From positions 158,070-222,069 of the IMG/VR virus record IMGVR_UViG_3300032050_000004: a stretch of DNA of 64,000 nt. One strand, written 5' to 3'. Made by a program: the position numbers and the translations under genes. This document shows positions 48,085 to 58,682 of this stretch, one piece after another (within the stretch, counting starts at the first letter, position 1; each line of letters starts with the position of its first letter). The notes under the pieces were generated by a model that saw only the letters and a program-made list of their open reading frames with translations, was not told the origin of the DNA and ran no database searches.

Positions 48085-49929
48085 ATGGCTACAGTTACAT
48101 ATAACGTAAATATTGAAACTACATACGAGAATTTAAAGAGTTTAATTACTGGCTCAACACTTTCTCCCGGTTCAACATATAAAATAACAGGATTTAATAA
48201 AAATAGATTAAGTGGTTCCACGGATAACCCATTTGGTCACTTGCCAGAAATTTTATATGATGATGGTAATGATTTGGGAATTACAATCTATATGCAAGCT
48301 ATTTCGACATCAGAAATATCTGATGCTGGTTTTGGGGAATTTTATAATCCAAAATACATAACTGATCCAAATAGTTACTTAAACAATGATGGTTCTGGTT
48401 TAATGGGAATATGGGACGGTGATAATCCAGATTTATCAGCAATTCCTATTTACACTATTGGTCAAGTTGTTTACTGGGGTGGATATGCTTGGGAAAACAT
48501 AAGCGGTAATACGGGTAGTTCAGTTGATGCTTTTGAATTGGATGGTACAGATTGGTTAAAATTGCCTTATTCAAATGTAACACATTACAACAAAATTATT
48601 GATGAAATAAAAGTAGATTGGACTAACGGAATTTTAATAGAGAGATATAATGCTGATAATCAAATTTTAGCTAAATATGATCCATCACAATATTCATGGT
48701 GGATAAACGAAACACAGTTATATTTAAAATATAATCCAATTGTTGGCATTCCATTTGGTCTATATTCTGATGTTTTATTTGCTGAAACTAATAATTATTT
48801 TTTAGGAATATCAAATTTGAAAATAGTAAACTCACGTTGCGAATTAATTAATTTTAAAGGAGATTTAGCAATTAATATAAGTTTAGATCATTCATATTTA
48901 TATGATAACTATTTTGGTTTACAAACTAGATTAAATGCAATTGAATTGGATAGTTTTTGTTATTTTCAAAATAATAGCCTTAATAGTGGCAGTACTATTG
49001 AGTCTTGTAAATTATATTCATCATGTGATATATATGGTAATTTTTTGACTGCTAGTACTATGAACCGCTTATTTATGAATGAAAGCTGCAATATAAATCA
49101 AAATATATTTCTAAATAATAATTTGTATAATAATATTTTAAACTTCGAATCATCAATATATAGTAACAATGCTAGTAATTCAAACATAAGTTATAATAAT
49201 ATTAATAATAGTTCGCAGATATATAATAATATTTTACAAAATTCTAGCAATATAGTTGAAAATTTTATTGATAATCACAGCAAAATTGCTGAGAATAATT
49301 TAACCTCAAGTCAAATAAATCAAAATTATTTAAAAAGTTTTTCAGAAATAACCTATAATCAATTTAGTAGTGTTTTTTGTAATTTTAATCATTGTCAAAA
49401 TGCTTCTTTAATAAATTATAACATATTTGATGGGTCAAATATTTCTGAAAATACTTTGAAAAATAGTTGCAATATTAATTACAACACAGGTATTACTACA
49501 TCACATATTTATAGAAACGAATTAAATGACAGTGTCATTTCATTTAATTATAATAGGACATATTCTCTTATAGCATCAAATATTTTAGCTGCTTCATCTA
49601 TTAGTTATAATCAGTTATTAGATTCTGAAATATTGTATAATAAAATAATGCCTGAATCCAGTATTGATCAATGTCTTTTGGATACAAGTGATATTGTTAG
49701 AAATTATTTAGAAAATTCTGATCTTAATACAAACTCTTCTGGTATATTAACAGGTAAAATAATTCAAAATAATTATTGTGAAAATGCTACTGTGGTTGGA
49801 GATTTTACAAGTTCTACATACATATATGATTCTCAAACTAAAAAAATATTTACTAGAGAGGGTGGTGTATCGAAGTTAGGCTTTTATGACACTTCGAATA
49901 ATTTTGTAGTATTTGATGTAAATGCTTGA
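48085..49929 (+). CDS. Second Asn-rich beta-solenoid virion protein
   Basis: Shares TYxxL...TGSTLSxG..Y.IT.F with 44650; IxxNxL repeats. Confidence 0.65.
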   Translation: MATVTYNVNIETTYENLKSLITGSTLSPGSTYKITGFNKNRLSGSTDNPFGHLPEILYDDGNDLGITIYMQAISTSEISDAGFGEFYNPKYITDPNSYLNNDGSGLMGIWDGDNPDLSAIPIYTIGQVVYWGGYAWENISGNTGSSVDAFELDGTDWLKLPYSNVTHYNKIIDEIKVDWTNGILIERYNADNQILAKYDPSQYSWWINETQLYLKYNPIVGIPFGLYSDVLFAETNNYFLGISNLKIVNSRCELINFKGDLAINISLDHSYLYDNYFGLQTRLNAIELDSFCYFQNNSLNSGSTIESCKLYSSCDIYGNFLTASTMNRLFMNESCNINQNIFLNNNLYNNILNFESSIYSNNASNSNISYNNINNSSQIYNNILQNSSNIVENFIDNHSKIAENNLTSSQINQNYLKSFSEITYNQFSSVFCNFNHCQNASLINYNIFDGSNISENTLKNSCNINYNTGITTSHIYRNELNDSVISFNYNRTYSLIASNILAASSISYNQLLDSEILYNKIMPESSIDQCLLDTSDIVRNYLENSDLNTNSSGILTGKIIQNNYCENATVVGDFTSSTYIYDSQTKKIFTREGGVSKLGFYDTSNNFVVFDVNA

Positions 49930-50071
49930 TTAATTTTTGAAAGTGTATTTAATCAAAAAAGTTTAATATCATTATTGAATAATTGAAAATATCAATTTTT
50001 AAACAATTTTAATTTTTTTTCCTGCGACTTTCAAAATTTATTTACTATTTATTTTAAATTGAATAGGAAAA

Positions 50072-50311
50072 TTGAAAGCTCAAAATATATCAGGAAGAAG
50101 GATCAAAGTTGAGTATGGGTTCAGAAATATCAGAAAAAGAGAACTTTTGGAGCCCGGACAAATCATCGAAATCGATGAATTTGATCAAGATTATCTGAAT
50201 AAATTGGGTGTTTTTAGGATGGGAGAAATGATAATAATTAATGAGGAACCAATCGATAAAATGGCTCAAGCAAAAAAAGATGCTGAACAATATATAAACC
50301 AAAATAAATAA
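50072..50311 (+). CDS. Small protein preceding the tail sheath (TTG start)
   Basis: 79 aa; TATTTAT at 50046-50052. Confidence 0.55.
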   Translation: MKAQNISGRRIKVEYGFRNIRKRELLEPGQIIEIDEFDQDYLNKLGVFRMGEMIIINEEPIDKMAQAKKDAEQYINQNK

Positions 50312-50336
50312 ACAAAAAAATTAAATATAAAAATAA

Positions 50337-52697
50337 ATGGCACAAACAGTATTCGTTTCACCGGGAGTATACACAAGAGAGCAAGATTTCACATTCTTCG
50401 CTTCAAGAATAGGTTTAACCAGACTTGGATTGGTCGGTTTAACGCCCAAAGGTCCTGCTTTTGAACCAATAAAAATTGCTTCATCAGAAGGGTTTTCTAA
50501 TAGATTTGGTAATCCAAACTCTGATTATCCTTTAACATATGTTGCATACAGATTTTTATCACAATCATCTGAATTGACTCTTACAAGAGTACTTGGTAAG
50601 GTTGGTTATTCAGGTTCAAATGCATGGTTGATAACTTCGGAGGCTTCTGCATATGAGTGGAGTGGTACTACGCTATCTGTTATCAAAAGTAAAAAAGATC
50701 CGAATACTGGAAATTTTTATTATACTGGTTCTACAGATTTAACATTATTTGGAACAAGTACTTTATTAAATTCATTTGGAATTTCTGGAACAACAGGACC
50801 TATCACTGGATTTTCTAGTTCAGCTATAACTGTATCACTTAATGAAGCTGATGATACTTATATTTTGAAATTAGTGGGTCAAACCCCTAAAAGTTTTGAT
50901 GGTGATACTGGTTTTTATGTAGATTCAATTTTCCCACACTTAATTGGTCAATGTGCTACATATACAGCATCAACAATTGCTGGTAACATAGGAACAGCAT
51001 TGACAACTTCATTTGAATTTAAGTCAAATGATGCATATAAGGATTATACAGAACAATTCAGGAATTCTATAACTCCAATGATTGTTGGTCAGGTTGTAGG
51101 AAGTACGGTTAGGGATTTGTTTAAAGTTGAAACTATATCTGATGGTGATGCTTCTGCTGCAGAAATAAAAGTTTCTTTTGTAAACTTAGATCCTGCCAAT
51201 AATACATTTGATTTAGTTGTAAGAAGATTTTTCGACACTGATGCAAGTACTTTGACTAGTGGTAGATTAGAATTGTTCCGTCAATGTACAATGGATAGAA
51301 CTAAGCCAAACTTTGTTGGTAAAATGATAGGTACAACGGATGAAATATATCCAAGACAATCAAATTACATAACAATAACTTTAGCAGATAATTTCCCACA
51401 AGATCAAGTTCCTGCTGGTTTCAGAGGTTATACATTAAGAACTGGCACAACTGCTAATGTTCCTCAAATTCTTTATAAAACAAGTTACCTTTCTTCAGAT
51501 ACTGTTTCTAAAACATATTTAGGTTGTTCTGAATTAGCATATACTGGTTTAACATCTGTTGTTGTAGGTGTAAAAAATGCAATACAAACTTTAGAAAAAG
51601 ATATTTTTAAATTCCAAGGTTCTGATTCAACAGATGTAGCTACTGTTAAAGGTTTTCATATGGAAAGCACAGCTCCAACATCTACTTTCTATACTGGTAT
51701 TGAAACAAGTTTGACTGATTATGAAAAACCAGAAAGAAAATTCACAGTAGCTCCTTTTGGTGGATTTGATGGATGGCAACCTTATACAATTCCAACCTTC
51801 ACTAATGATGTTGCTGATGAAGACAATTTAGACGCATTTAAACTTTGTGTTGATTTAATGGCACCACCTGAGTCTGTGGATATAAATGTATTTGCTGCTC
51901 CAGATGTAAATTATTCAGATAATTTGAATGCTGTTAATTATTGCTTGACTATGGTTGAAGATAGAGCAGACTCTATATATGTAATAGAAAGTCCAAGATT
52001 GTCTACTGATTCTGCAAAAGCAACCGCTTCACAAGCTGCTGCTGCTGTAGAAGAATCTGGTATTGATTCTAGTTATGCAGCTACATATTGGCCTTGGATT
52101 CAAATTGAAGACCCAACAAGTAATAAATTCATTTATATTTCTCCAACTTCAGAAGTTGTAAAAAATATAGCTTTAACTGATAATATTGCATATTCTTGGT
52201 ACGCACCAGCAGGTCTAAATAGAGGTCAAGTGACTTGTGTTAGAGCTGACATAAATCTCTCTAGAGATGATCGTGATACTTTGTATGATGCAAATATTAA
52301 TCCGATTAATACAGTTGCTCAACAAGGTGTAACAATTCAAGGTCAGAAAACTATGCAAATTGAACAATCTGCTTTGGATAGAATAAATGTTAGAAGATTG
52401 TTGTTACAAGTTAGAAGATTAGTTGCAGCTGCTTCACAGACATTGTTATTCGAACCAAACGATCAAACAGTGCGTGACCAATTCTTAGCAAAAGTTGAGC
52501 CTATATTGTTACAAATACAAAATCAGAGAGGTATATTCGCATATAAAGTTACAGTAGATGATTTTAATACAGCTACTGAAGATTCTGATAGAAATACTTT
52601 AACTGGTAAAATAGCAATTAAACCTACACCGGCTCTTGAATTTATAGATCTTACATTCCAAGTTCTTCCTACTGGAGCAAATTTTGAAGATTTCTAA
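50337..52697 (+). CDS. Tail sheath protein 1 (T4 gp18-like)
   Basis: SPGVYTREQD, GPAFEP, YAATYWPWI, WYAPAGLNRG, DRINVRRLL, LFEPND, PTPALEFI. Confidence 0.95.
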   Translation: MAQTVFVSPGVYTREQDFTFFASRIGLTRLGLVGLTPKGPAFEPIKIASSEGFSNRFGNPNSDYPLTYVAYRFLSQSSELTLTRVLGKVGYSGSNAWLITSEASAYEWSGTTLSVIKSKKDPNTGNFYYTGSTDLTLFGTSTLLNSFGISGTTGPITGFSSSAITVSLNEADDTYILKLVGQTPKSFDGDTGFYVDSIFPHLIGQCATYTASTIAGNIGTALTTSFEFKSNDAYKDYTEQFRNSITPMIVGQVVGSTVRDLFKVETISDGDASAAEIKVSFVNLDPANNTFDLVVRRFFDTDASTLTSGRLELFRQCTMDRTKPNFVGKMIGTTDEIYPRQSNYITITLADNFPQDQVPAGFRGYTLRTGTTANVPQILYKTSYLSSDTVSKTYLGCSELAYTGLTSVVVGVKNAIQTLEKDIFKFQGSDSTDVATVKGFHMESTAPTSTFYTGIETSLTDYEKPERKFTVAPFGGFDGWQPYTIPTFTNDVADEDNLDAFKLCVDLMAPPESVDINVFAAPDVNYSDNLNAVNYCLTMVEDRADSIYVIESPRLSTDSAKATASQAAAAVEESGIDSSYAATYWPWIQIEDPTSNKFIYISPTSEVVKNIALTDNIAYSWYAPAGLNRGQVTCVRADINLSRDDRDTLYDANINPINTVAQQGVTIQGQKTMQIEQSALDRINVRRLLLQVRRLVAAASQTLLFEPNDQTVRDQFLAKVEPILLQIQNQRGIFAYKVTVDDFNTATEDSDRNTLTGKIAIKPTPALEFIDLTFQVLPTGANFEDF

Positions 52698-52750
52698 AAA
52701 AATCAAAAAAATAAAAAATAATAACATAAAATATAAAAATATAAAAATAA

Positions 52751-55390
52751 ATGGCACAAACAGTATTCGTTTCACCGGGAGTATATACAAGAGAGCAAGA
52801 TTTCACGTTCTTCGCTTCAAGAATAGGTATAACTAGATTGGGAATGGTGGGATTAACCTTAAAAGGTCCCGCATTTGAACCAGTAAAAGTTCCATCACAA
52901 GAGAATTTCTTGTTCAGATTTGGTGGTACCAATCCAGATTATCCTTTGCCTTACGTGGCAAATGCATTTTTGAATCAATCGTCTGAGTTGACGATGACAA
53001 GAGTGTTAGGAAAAGTTGGTTTCACAAATTCTCCTGCATGGATCATCTCTGCACCTACTGGAGCTTTATATTCTGGTACAACATCTAGATCTGGAATAAC
53101 TTTTAATGCAAATACCACATCAGTTATAAACTTTACAATTAATACATTAGAGGATTATATTGGTGGTGTTAGTGGTGATATTTCTGGTAATACCGCTGGT
53201 GGTAACACTGTAAATATTCACTTCAGTGGTTCTGTAACAACAGCTGTTTATTCTGCAGCATTCAATGTTGTAGCATCTTCGCTTGGTATTATATCTACTG
53301 GTGGTAATGGGACTGATTTGATAATTCCAGATACTTTCTCATTGAACAGTAACGTAAGTATATCGAATGACTATTCTGGAGCAACTTTATGTGTTATTAG
53401 AAGTAAAAAAGATGGAAATGGTACTCCATATTATTCGGCAGAAACAGATTTGACTGTGTCTGGTTTAGGATCTCCTCTAGGTGTATTTAGTTTATCCGGT
53501 GGATCTAATACACCATTGACTGCTTTAACTAATTCAACTCTTAATGTTTCTTTAGATGAAACACAAAAAAGTTATATAGTAAATTCTTTAGGTACTAATC
53601 CAAAAAATGTAGCAGGCGATTATGGTTTATTTGTTGATGTTGTGACACCTCATTTTATAAGACAAGCATTTTCGGCAGGAACTTTAAATCTACTTGAAGG
53701 TTTATCGTATTCCAATACGGTTAATTTTACAAATTTTGCAGATTCATATAAGAATTCTACAACACCGATGATTGTTTCAAAAGTTATAGGTTCATCAGTA
53801 AGAGATATGTTTTATTTTGAAACAGTTTCTGATGGAGATGCCTCATCTAGAGAAATAAAAATTTCTATAGCTAATATAGACAACACAAATAAAGTATTTG
53901 ATGTTGTTATTCGTAAATTCGAGGATACAGATGCTAATACTTTAACTAATGGAAGATTGGAATTATATAGGGGTCTTACAATGGATGACACTCAGCCGAA
54001 TTTCATAGGTAAAGCAATAGGTACAACAGATGAAACATATCCAAGAGTTTCCCAATTCGTAACTGTGACTTTGGCTGATAATTTCCCAAGAAACACAGTT
54101 CCGGCAGGTTTTAAAGGTTACAATTTGAGAACATTCGCAGATTCAGGTTTAACTTCTACTCAATTATTATACAAAACATCATATGCTGCTACTGATACTG
54201 TTTCTAAAACATATTTAGGAATTTCTGAATTAGCTTATACTTTGTTTACTGCTAATTTAGTAGGTCAAAAGGCTTCAATAAAATCAATAGAAGCAGATTT
54301 ATTTAAGTATCAAGGTGCTATCACAACTGGTGTTACAACAATAAAAGGCTTCCACATGGAAAGTGGTGCAACAACAGATTTGTTTGTAACTGGTACAAAA
54401 GGCTCTATTTCAGATTATACAAAATCTCAGGCTAAATTCACTGTAGCTCCGGCTGGTGGTTTCGACGGATGGAATCAATTTAGAACAGTTACATTTACTG
54501 ATGACGCTAATGATTTAGACAACGTTCAAGCATTCAAAGATGCTGTAGATTTAATGGCAATCCCTGAAACAGTAGATGTTAATTTATTTGCCACTCCTGA
54601 TTTAAATTGGTTTGATCATTATAAATCAGTAGAACATTCATTGACAATGGTTGAAAATAGAGCTGATGCAGTTTATATTATAGATGCTCCTCGTTATGCA
54701 TCTGATGGTTCTCAAGATAGTGCTGCAATAGCAACCGATTTACAAGGAGTAGGATTAGATTCAAATTATGCAGCAACATACTGGCCTTGGATTCAAATTT
54801 TCGACGCTACATATCAACAATTTGTATTTACTTCTCCAACATCTCAAGTTGTTAAAAGCATAGCATTAACTGATAACATTGCTTATCCATGGTTTGCACC
54901 TGCTGGTTTAACAAGAGGTAAAGTTGATTGTGTGAAAGCTGATGTTAAATTAACTAGAGATGATAGAGATAATCTTTATGATGTAAATATCAACCCTATA
55001 AACACAACAATTCAAGAAGGTGTTACAATTCAAGGTCAAAAAACTCTTCAGGTTAAGCAATCTGCTCTTGATAGAATTAACGTAAGAAGACTCTTGTTGC
55101 AAGTTCGCAGATTGATTGCTGCAGCTTCTCAGACCTTGTTATTCGAACCTAACGATCAGACTGTACGTGACCAGTTCTTAGCTAAAGTTGAACCTTTGTT
55201 ATTACAAATTCAAAACCAAAGAGGTCTTGCAGGATTCAGAGTAGTAGTTGACGATTTTAATAATGCTTCTGTAGATAGTGATAGAAATACCTTAACTGGT
55301 AAGATTCAAATCAAGCCTACTCCAGCTCTCGAATTCATTGACTTAACTTTCCAAGTTCTTCCTACTGGTGCTAATTTTGAAGACTTTTAA
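52751..55390 (+). CDS. Tail sheath protein 2 (paralogue)
   Basis: Same sheath motifs, with an insert of about 90 aa near the N-terminus. Confidence 0.95.
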   Translation: MAQTVFVSPGVYTREQDFTFFASRIGITRLGMVGLTLKGPAFEPVKVPSQENFLFRFGGTNPDYPLPYVANAFLNQSSELTMTRVLGKVGFTNSPAWIISAPTGALYSGTTSRSGITFNANTTSVINFTINTLEDYIGGVSGDISGNTAGGNTVNIHFSGSVTTAVYSAAFNVVASSLGIISTGGNGTDLIIPDTFSLNSNVSISNDYSGATLCVIRSKKDGNGTPYYSAETDLTVSGLGSPLGVFSLSGGSNTPLTALTNSTLNVSLDETQKSYIVNSLGTNPKNVAGDYGLFVDVVTPHFIRQAFSAGTLNLLEGLSYSNTVNFTNFADSYKNSTTPMIVSKVIGSSVRDMFYFETVSDGDASSREIKISIANIDNTNKVFDVVIRKFEDTDANTLTNGRLELYRGLTMDDTQPNFIGKAIGTTDETYPRVSQFVTVTLADNFPRNTVPAGFKGYNLRTFADSGLTSTQLLYKTSYAATDTVSKTYLGISELAYTLFTANLVGQKASIKSIEADLFKYQGAITTGVTTIKGFHMESGATTDLFVTGTKGSISDYTKSQAKFTVAPAGGFDGWNQFRTVTFTDDANDLDNVQAFKDAVDLMAIPETVDVNLFATPDLNWFDHYKSVEHSLTMVENRADAVYIIDAPRYASDGSQDSAAIATDLQGVGLDSNYAATYWPWIQIFDATYQQFVFTSPTSQVVKSIALTDNIAYPWFAPAGLTRGKVDCVKADVKLTRDDRDNLYDVNINPINTTIQEGVTIQGQKTLQVKQSALDRINVRRLLLQVRRLIAAASQTLLFEPNDQTVRDQFLAKVEPLLLQIQNQRGLAGFRVVVDDFNNASVDSDRNTLTGKIQIKPTPALEFIDLTFQVLPTGANFEDF

Positions 55391-55410
55391 TAAATAAAAG
55401 TTTTATAAAG

Positions 55411-55439
55411 AAAAGGGATCTGAAAAGGTCCCTTTTTTT
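55411..55439 (+). terminator. Intrinsic terminator after the sheath genes
   Basis: AAAAGGGA...TCCCTTTTTT hairpin. Confidence 0.75.
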
Positions 55440-55491
55440 ATTTTATGTATGAAAGTATTCACTATTTTTTTATATAAATTATTTTTATTAT

Positions 55492-55833
55492 GTGTCAAAT
55501 AAAAATAAAATTATTTATTTATTTTTCATTCCTGAATTGAATATAAGTAAGATTGGAATAAGCAGAAATGCTACTAAAAGATTAAGTCAATTACAAACTG
55601 GTTGTCCTTATCAAATACAATTAATTAAAACATATAGTTCAGAATTTTCTACTAAAATTGAAAGAGTATTACATAGGTCATTCAGAACAAAAAAAGTTGA
55701 TTCGTTTGAATATGCCTTGTTAGGAGAATGGTTTAATTTAGAAATAGATTCAATATTAAAATTCGAGGAAATTTGCTCTGAAATAGAGAAAAATATTATC
55801 TATTTAAAGAAAGAAAACAATCCTTTTCTATGA
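55492..55833 (+). CDS. GIY-YIG nuclease, T5orf172-like
   Basis: IYLF...SKIGISRNATKRLSQLQTGCP...IERVLH...GEWF. Confidence 0.85.
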   Translation: MSNKNKIIYLFFIPELNISKIGISRNATKRLSQLQTGCPYQIQLIKTYSSEFSTKIERVLHRSFRTKKVDSFEYALLGEWFNLEIDSILKFEEICSEIEKNIIYLKKENNPFL

Positions 55834-57555
55834 TATGTGAAGTACAAATTTCATACTTCCGCAATCCCAAATTCTATCCATTCTATTTTTTTTTGCTATT
55901 TGCCATTCAGTCAATTCAGAATTTTCATTGAATAATTTTATTAATTTTTGTTTATTATATTTGAAACGGTGATATCTTATAAAATAGTTACTTTTTTCGA
56001 AGTAAAAATAATTAGGTTTAGTTGTATTGATATATTCGAAATTGCATTTATGGTAAACAGTATTTTCCGGATTTAAACCACTCCAACGACAATCTGCATA
56101 AGTGAAAATCTCTTTAGTTTCAGGATTGTTTTTTAAAAAATGATTTAAAAGTTTTTCAAAACCCCCAATAATATTATAGTCAATTTTAGAGCAAAAACGA
56201 GATAATTCTACTGAATTTTCTTTGTCCTGATTATTTTTTAATTTGTTTCCAAGGGCTAGTCTAGGTTTACAAAAAGTCATTACTGAAACAATTTCATTTT
56301 TTAAAAATAAACCATAACTTTTGAAGTTCACATCATTTCCCTGTATATGATTTTCTTCTAAAAATAATTTCTTTTCCATAAATGTGATTTCTTTTATTTC
56401 ACAATTTCTTGCATAAATTTTATTAGGCGTTAAATTCAAATAATTCTTAATTCTACTTTTCACTATATCCTTTTTAAACATCCATTCATCTTCAAAAATA
56501 TGTATCAATTTAATATTTTCATTATTACATAATTGAGATTTTTTTAAATGATAATTGGGAAGTTTGTTTCCACCCATTTCAGAGTGAAAATAATTCCCAT
56601 TCAATTCAAATGCTATTTTGTGATCTTGTAAGTAGAAATCTAACTCCAGAGGAGCAATAATTTTTTTTGTATTCTCAACATATTCTAGATTTAGTGAATC
56701 TAAAAAATCTTTGAATTCACCTTGTTGTTTTGAAATGCTAGTTAATGGATAACATCTTCTACAAATTGGTATAGAATCAAAAGACCATTCGAATATATTG
56801 TCACATAATTTACAAGTAAGTTGATATTTCAAATAGTGTAATTTGCCTTCATCTGTCTTTATTCTTAATTTATTGTATTGATTAATATCGAACTTCAAAT
56901 CATTTTTAGCTAAAATTTCCTTTATTTTATTTGTTTTGTTTAGCTTTTGGATGCCCAAATAAAGATCAGAGCTAAAATAATAATCTGAATTAAATTTATT
57001 TTGGTTTGTTTTTTTTAAATTATCTTTGCATTTATCAGTTTGTAAAGTATAATCAACTCCGTATTTATCTCTATTTGTTTGTTTGAGTTTGTCTAAGGAC
57101 TCTTTAGTTTTGAGGTGATGATCAACTTTATATTTATCTAAAGTTGTTTTTTTTGCTTTCTCTCTATTATTAAAATTTGGATCATTATATTTTAATAATT
57201 TTGTTTGATCAGATTTTTCTTTATAATCCTTTATTTTAGATGGGTGTTCTACATCATACTTCTCTTTCAAAGAGCTCTTTATTTTTTCATAATTATTATA
57301 TTTCTCATCTCCGTATTTTTCCTTCTTGATTTGTTTTAAATTATCATAATAATTATCAGTTTCAAAAAAACTTTTTTTACCATATTTTTTTTCTATGGTA
57401 TCAAAAATTTTTTTCATCCTTTCGTCTTTATGGTTTTTTCTATATAATTCAGTGCATTTTTCACTGCAATTTTTTTTGTTTTTCTTGTTACCAGCATCGA
57501 ATTCCTTTTTGCATGTTTCACAAACTTTAACTCGTTGAATTTTAGGTCTTCCCAT
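55828..57555 (-). CDS. Hef-like free-standing homing endonuclease (PD-(D/E)xK/Vsr-like core, N-terminal repeats)
   Basis: Repeated TNxxKYGV units; LELDFYL...AFELNGNYFHS; IYARNCEI...NHIQG...ELSRFCSK...IWDCG. Confidence 0.8.
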   Translation of the reverse strand: MGRPKIQRVKVCETCKKEFDAGNKKNKKNCSEKCTELYRKNHKDERMKKIFDTIEKKYGKKSFFETDNYYDNLKQIKKEKYGDEKYNNYEKIKSSLKEKYDVEHPSKIKDYKEKSDQTKLLKYNDPNFNNREKAKKTTLDKYKVDHHLKTKESLDKLKQTNRDKYGVDYTLQTDKCKDNLKKTNQNKFNSDYYFSSDLYLGIQKLNKTNKIKEILAKNDLKFDINQYNKLRIKTDEGKLHYLKYQLTCKLCDNIFEWSFDSIPICRRCYPLTSISKQQGEFKDFLDSLNLEYVENTKKIIAPLELDFYLQDHKIAFELNGNYFHSEMGGNKLPNYHLKKSQLCNNENIKLIHIFEDEWMFKKDIVKSRIKNYLNLTPNKIYARNCEIKEITFMEKKLFLEENHIQGNDVNFKSYGLFLKNEIVSVMTFCKPRLALGNKLKNNQDKENSVELSRFCSKIDYNIIGGFEKLLNHFLKNNPETKEIFTYADCRWSGLNPENTVYHKCNFEYINTTKPNYFYFEKSNYFIRYHRFKYNKQKLIKLFNENSELTEWQIAKKNRMDRIWDCGSMKFVLHIS

Positions 57556-57669
57556 TGTTTTTATATATGATATATAATATTGTGTTAATGTAAATATACA
57601 TAAAAAAATAAAAAAAACTCAAATTTTTTTTTTTTACTTTATTTATTAATAAATAAAAACTTAAATATC

Positions 57670-58161
57670 ATGCCAACACTAATGTTTAGACCGGTTCCAA
57701 TTGATCAGGAACCTAAAATGAAAAACAGATTCGTTCTTGAATTTCCTACGGAATTAGGTATTGAATCTTATCTAGTACAGACTTCCAAGAAGCCTTCGAT
57801 ATCAATAGATAAAGTAGATATTCCTTACATGAATACTAAAACATACATTGCTGCGAAATACGCTTGGGATGAAATGGATGTTACGTTTATCGATGTTATC
57901 GGACCTTCTACGACTCAGAAAGTAATGGAGTGGGTTCGTTTACATGCTGAATCTACAACTGGTAAAATGGGTTACGCAGTAGGTTACAAGAAAAACCTTG
58001 TATTGAAAGCTCTTGATCCAGTAGGTGTAGAAGTCGAAAAATGGACTCTTGTTGGATGTCAAATAGTTAAAGCATCTTTTGATGATTACGATTATGGTGC
58101 AGCAGAACTTGCAAAAGTGAGCATCACAATCCAACCAGATAGATGTTTATTATCAGCATAA
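57670..58161 (+). CDS. Tail tube protein (T4 gp19-like)
   Basis: EPKMKNRF, KPSISI...IPYMN, VMEWVRLHAES.TG.MGYA..YKK, EKWTLVG. Confidence 0.9.
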   Translation: MPTLMFRPVPIDQEPKMKNRFVLEFPTELGIESYLVQTSKKPSISIDKVDIPYMNTKTYIAAKYAWDEMDVTFIDVIGPSTTQKVMEWVRLHAESTTGKMGYAVGYKKNLVLKALDPVGVEVEKWTLVGCQIVKASFDDYDYGAAELAKVSITIQPDRCLLSA

Positions 58162-58194
58162 TAACAAAATAAAATATTTTCGGTTTTTTATTGT

Positions 58195-58223
58195 GAGCGA
58201 CACTGAAAAAGTGTCGCTTTTTT
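58195..58223 (+). terminator. Intrinsic terminator after the tail tube gene
   Basis: GCGACACT-GAAAA-AGTGTCGC followed by a T run. Confidence 0.85.
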
Positions 58224-58279
58224 TATAACTCATAGTCATCAAACCTTTTTTTATTCTATTTATTTGAAATGAGATATTA

Positions 58280-58681
58280 ATGTCAAAATTAAGAATTTAT
58301 AAGGAATTTTACAGAATAGATTATATAGACGGAGTAAATGATAATTATACATTAATTGACCCATTTTCATTAACCGCAGCAACGTATAATTTTAGTACAA
58401 GTCAAGTAGTTGAAAGTTTAACAACTACTCAAGAAAGTTTGGGTAATTATTATATTGAATTAAACGGTTCTCTTTACACGTTTCCTACAGTTTATCAAAT
58501 AATTTGGTATGTAGAATATTTGAATAATGGAATTGTAAAACAATTGAGAACTAAATTCTTATTTGATCCTGTTAAAAATTATATAATTTCTGAATTGGAT
58601 ATAGAATTTTCTAAATATGTAAATATAAATTATGAAATAAGCAATTCTGTTCCTTTAGATTATGAAATTAAAATAAATTAA
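58280..58681 (+). CDS. Hypothetical virion protein
   Basis: 133 aa; TATTTAT at 58257-58263. Confidence 0.6.
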   Translation: MSKLRIYKEFYRIDYIDGVNDNYTLIDPFSLTAATYNFSTSQVVESLTTTQESLGNYYIELNGSLYTFPTVYQIIWYVEYLNNGIVKQLRTKFLFDPVKNYIISELDIEFSKYVNINYEISNSVPLDYEIKIN

Positions 58682-58682
58682 G

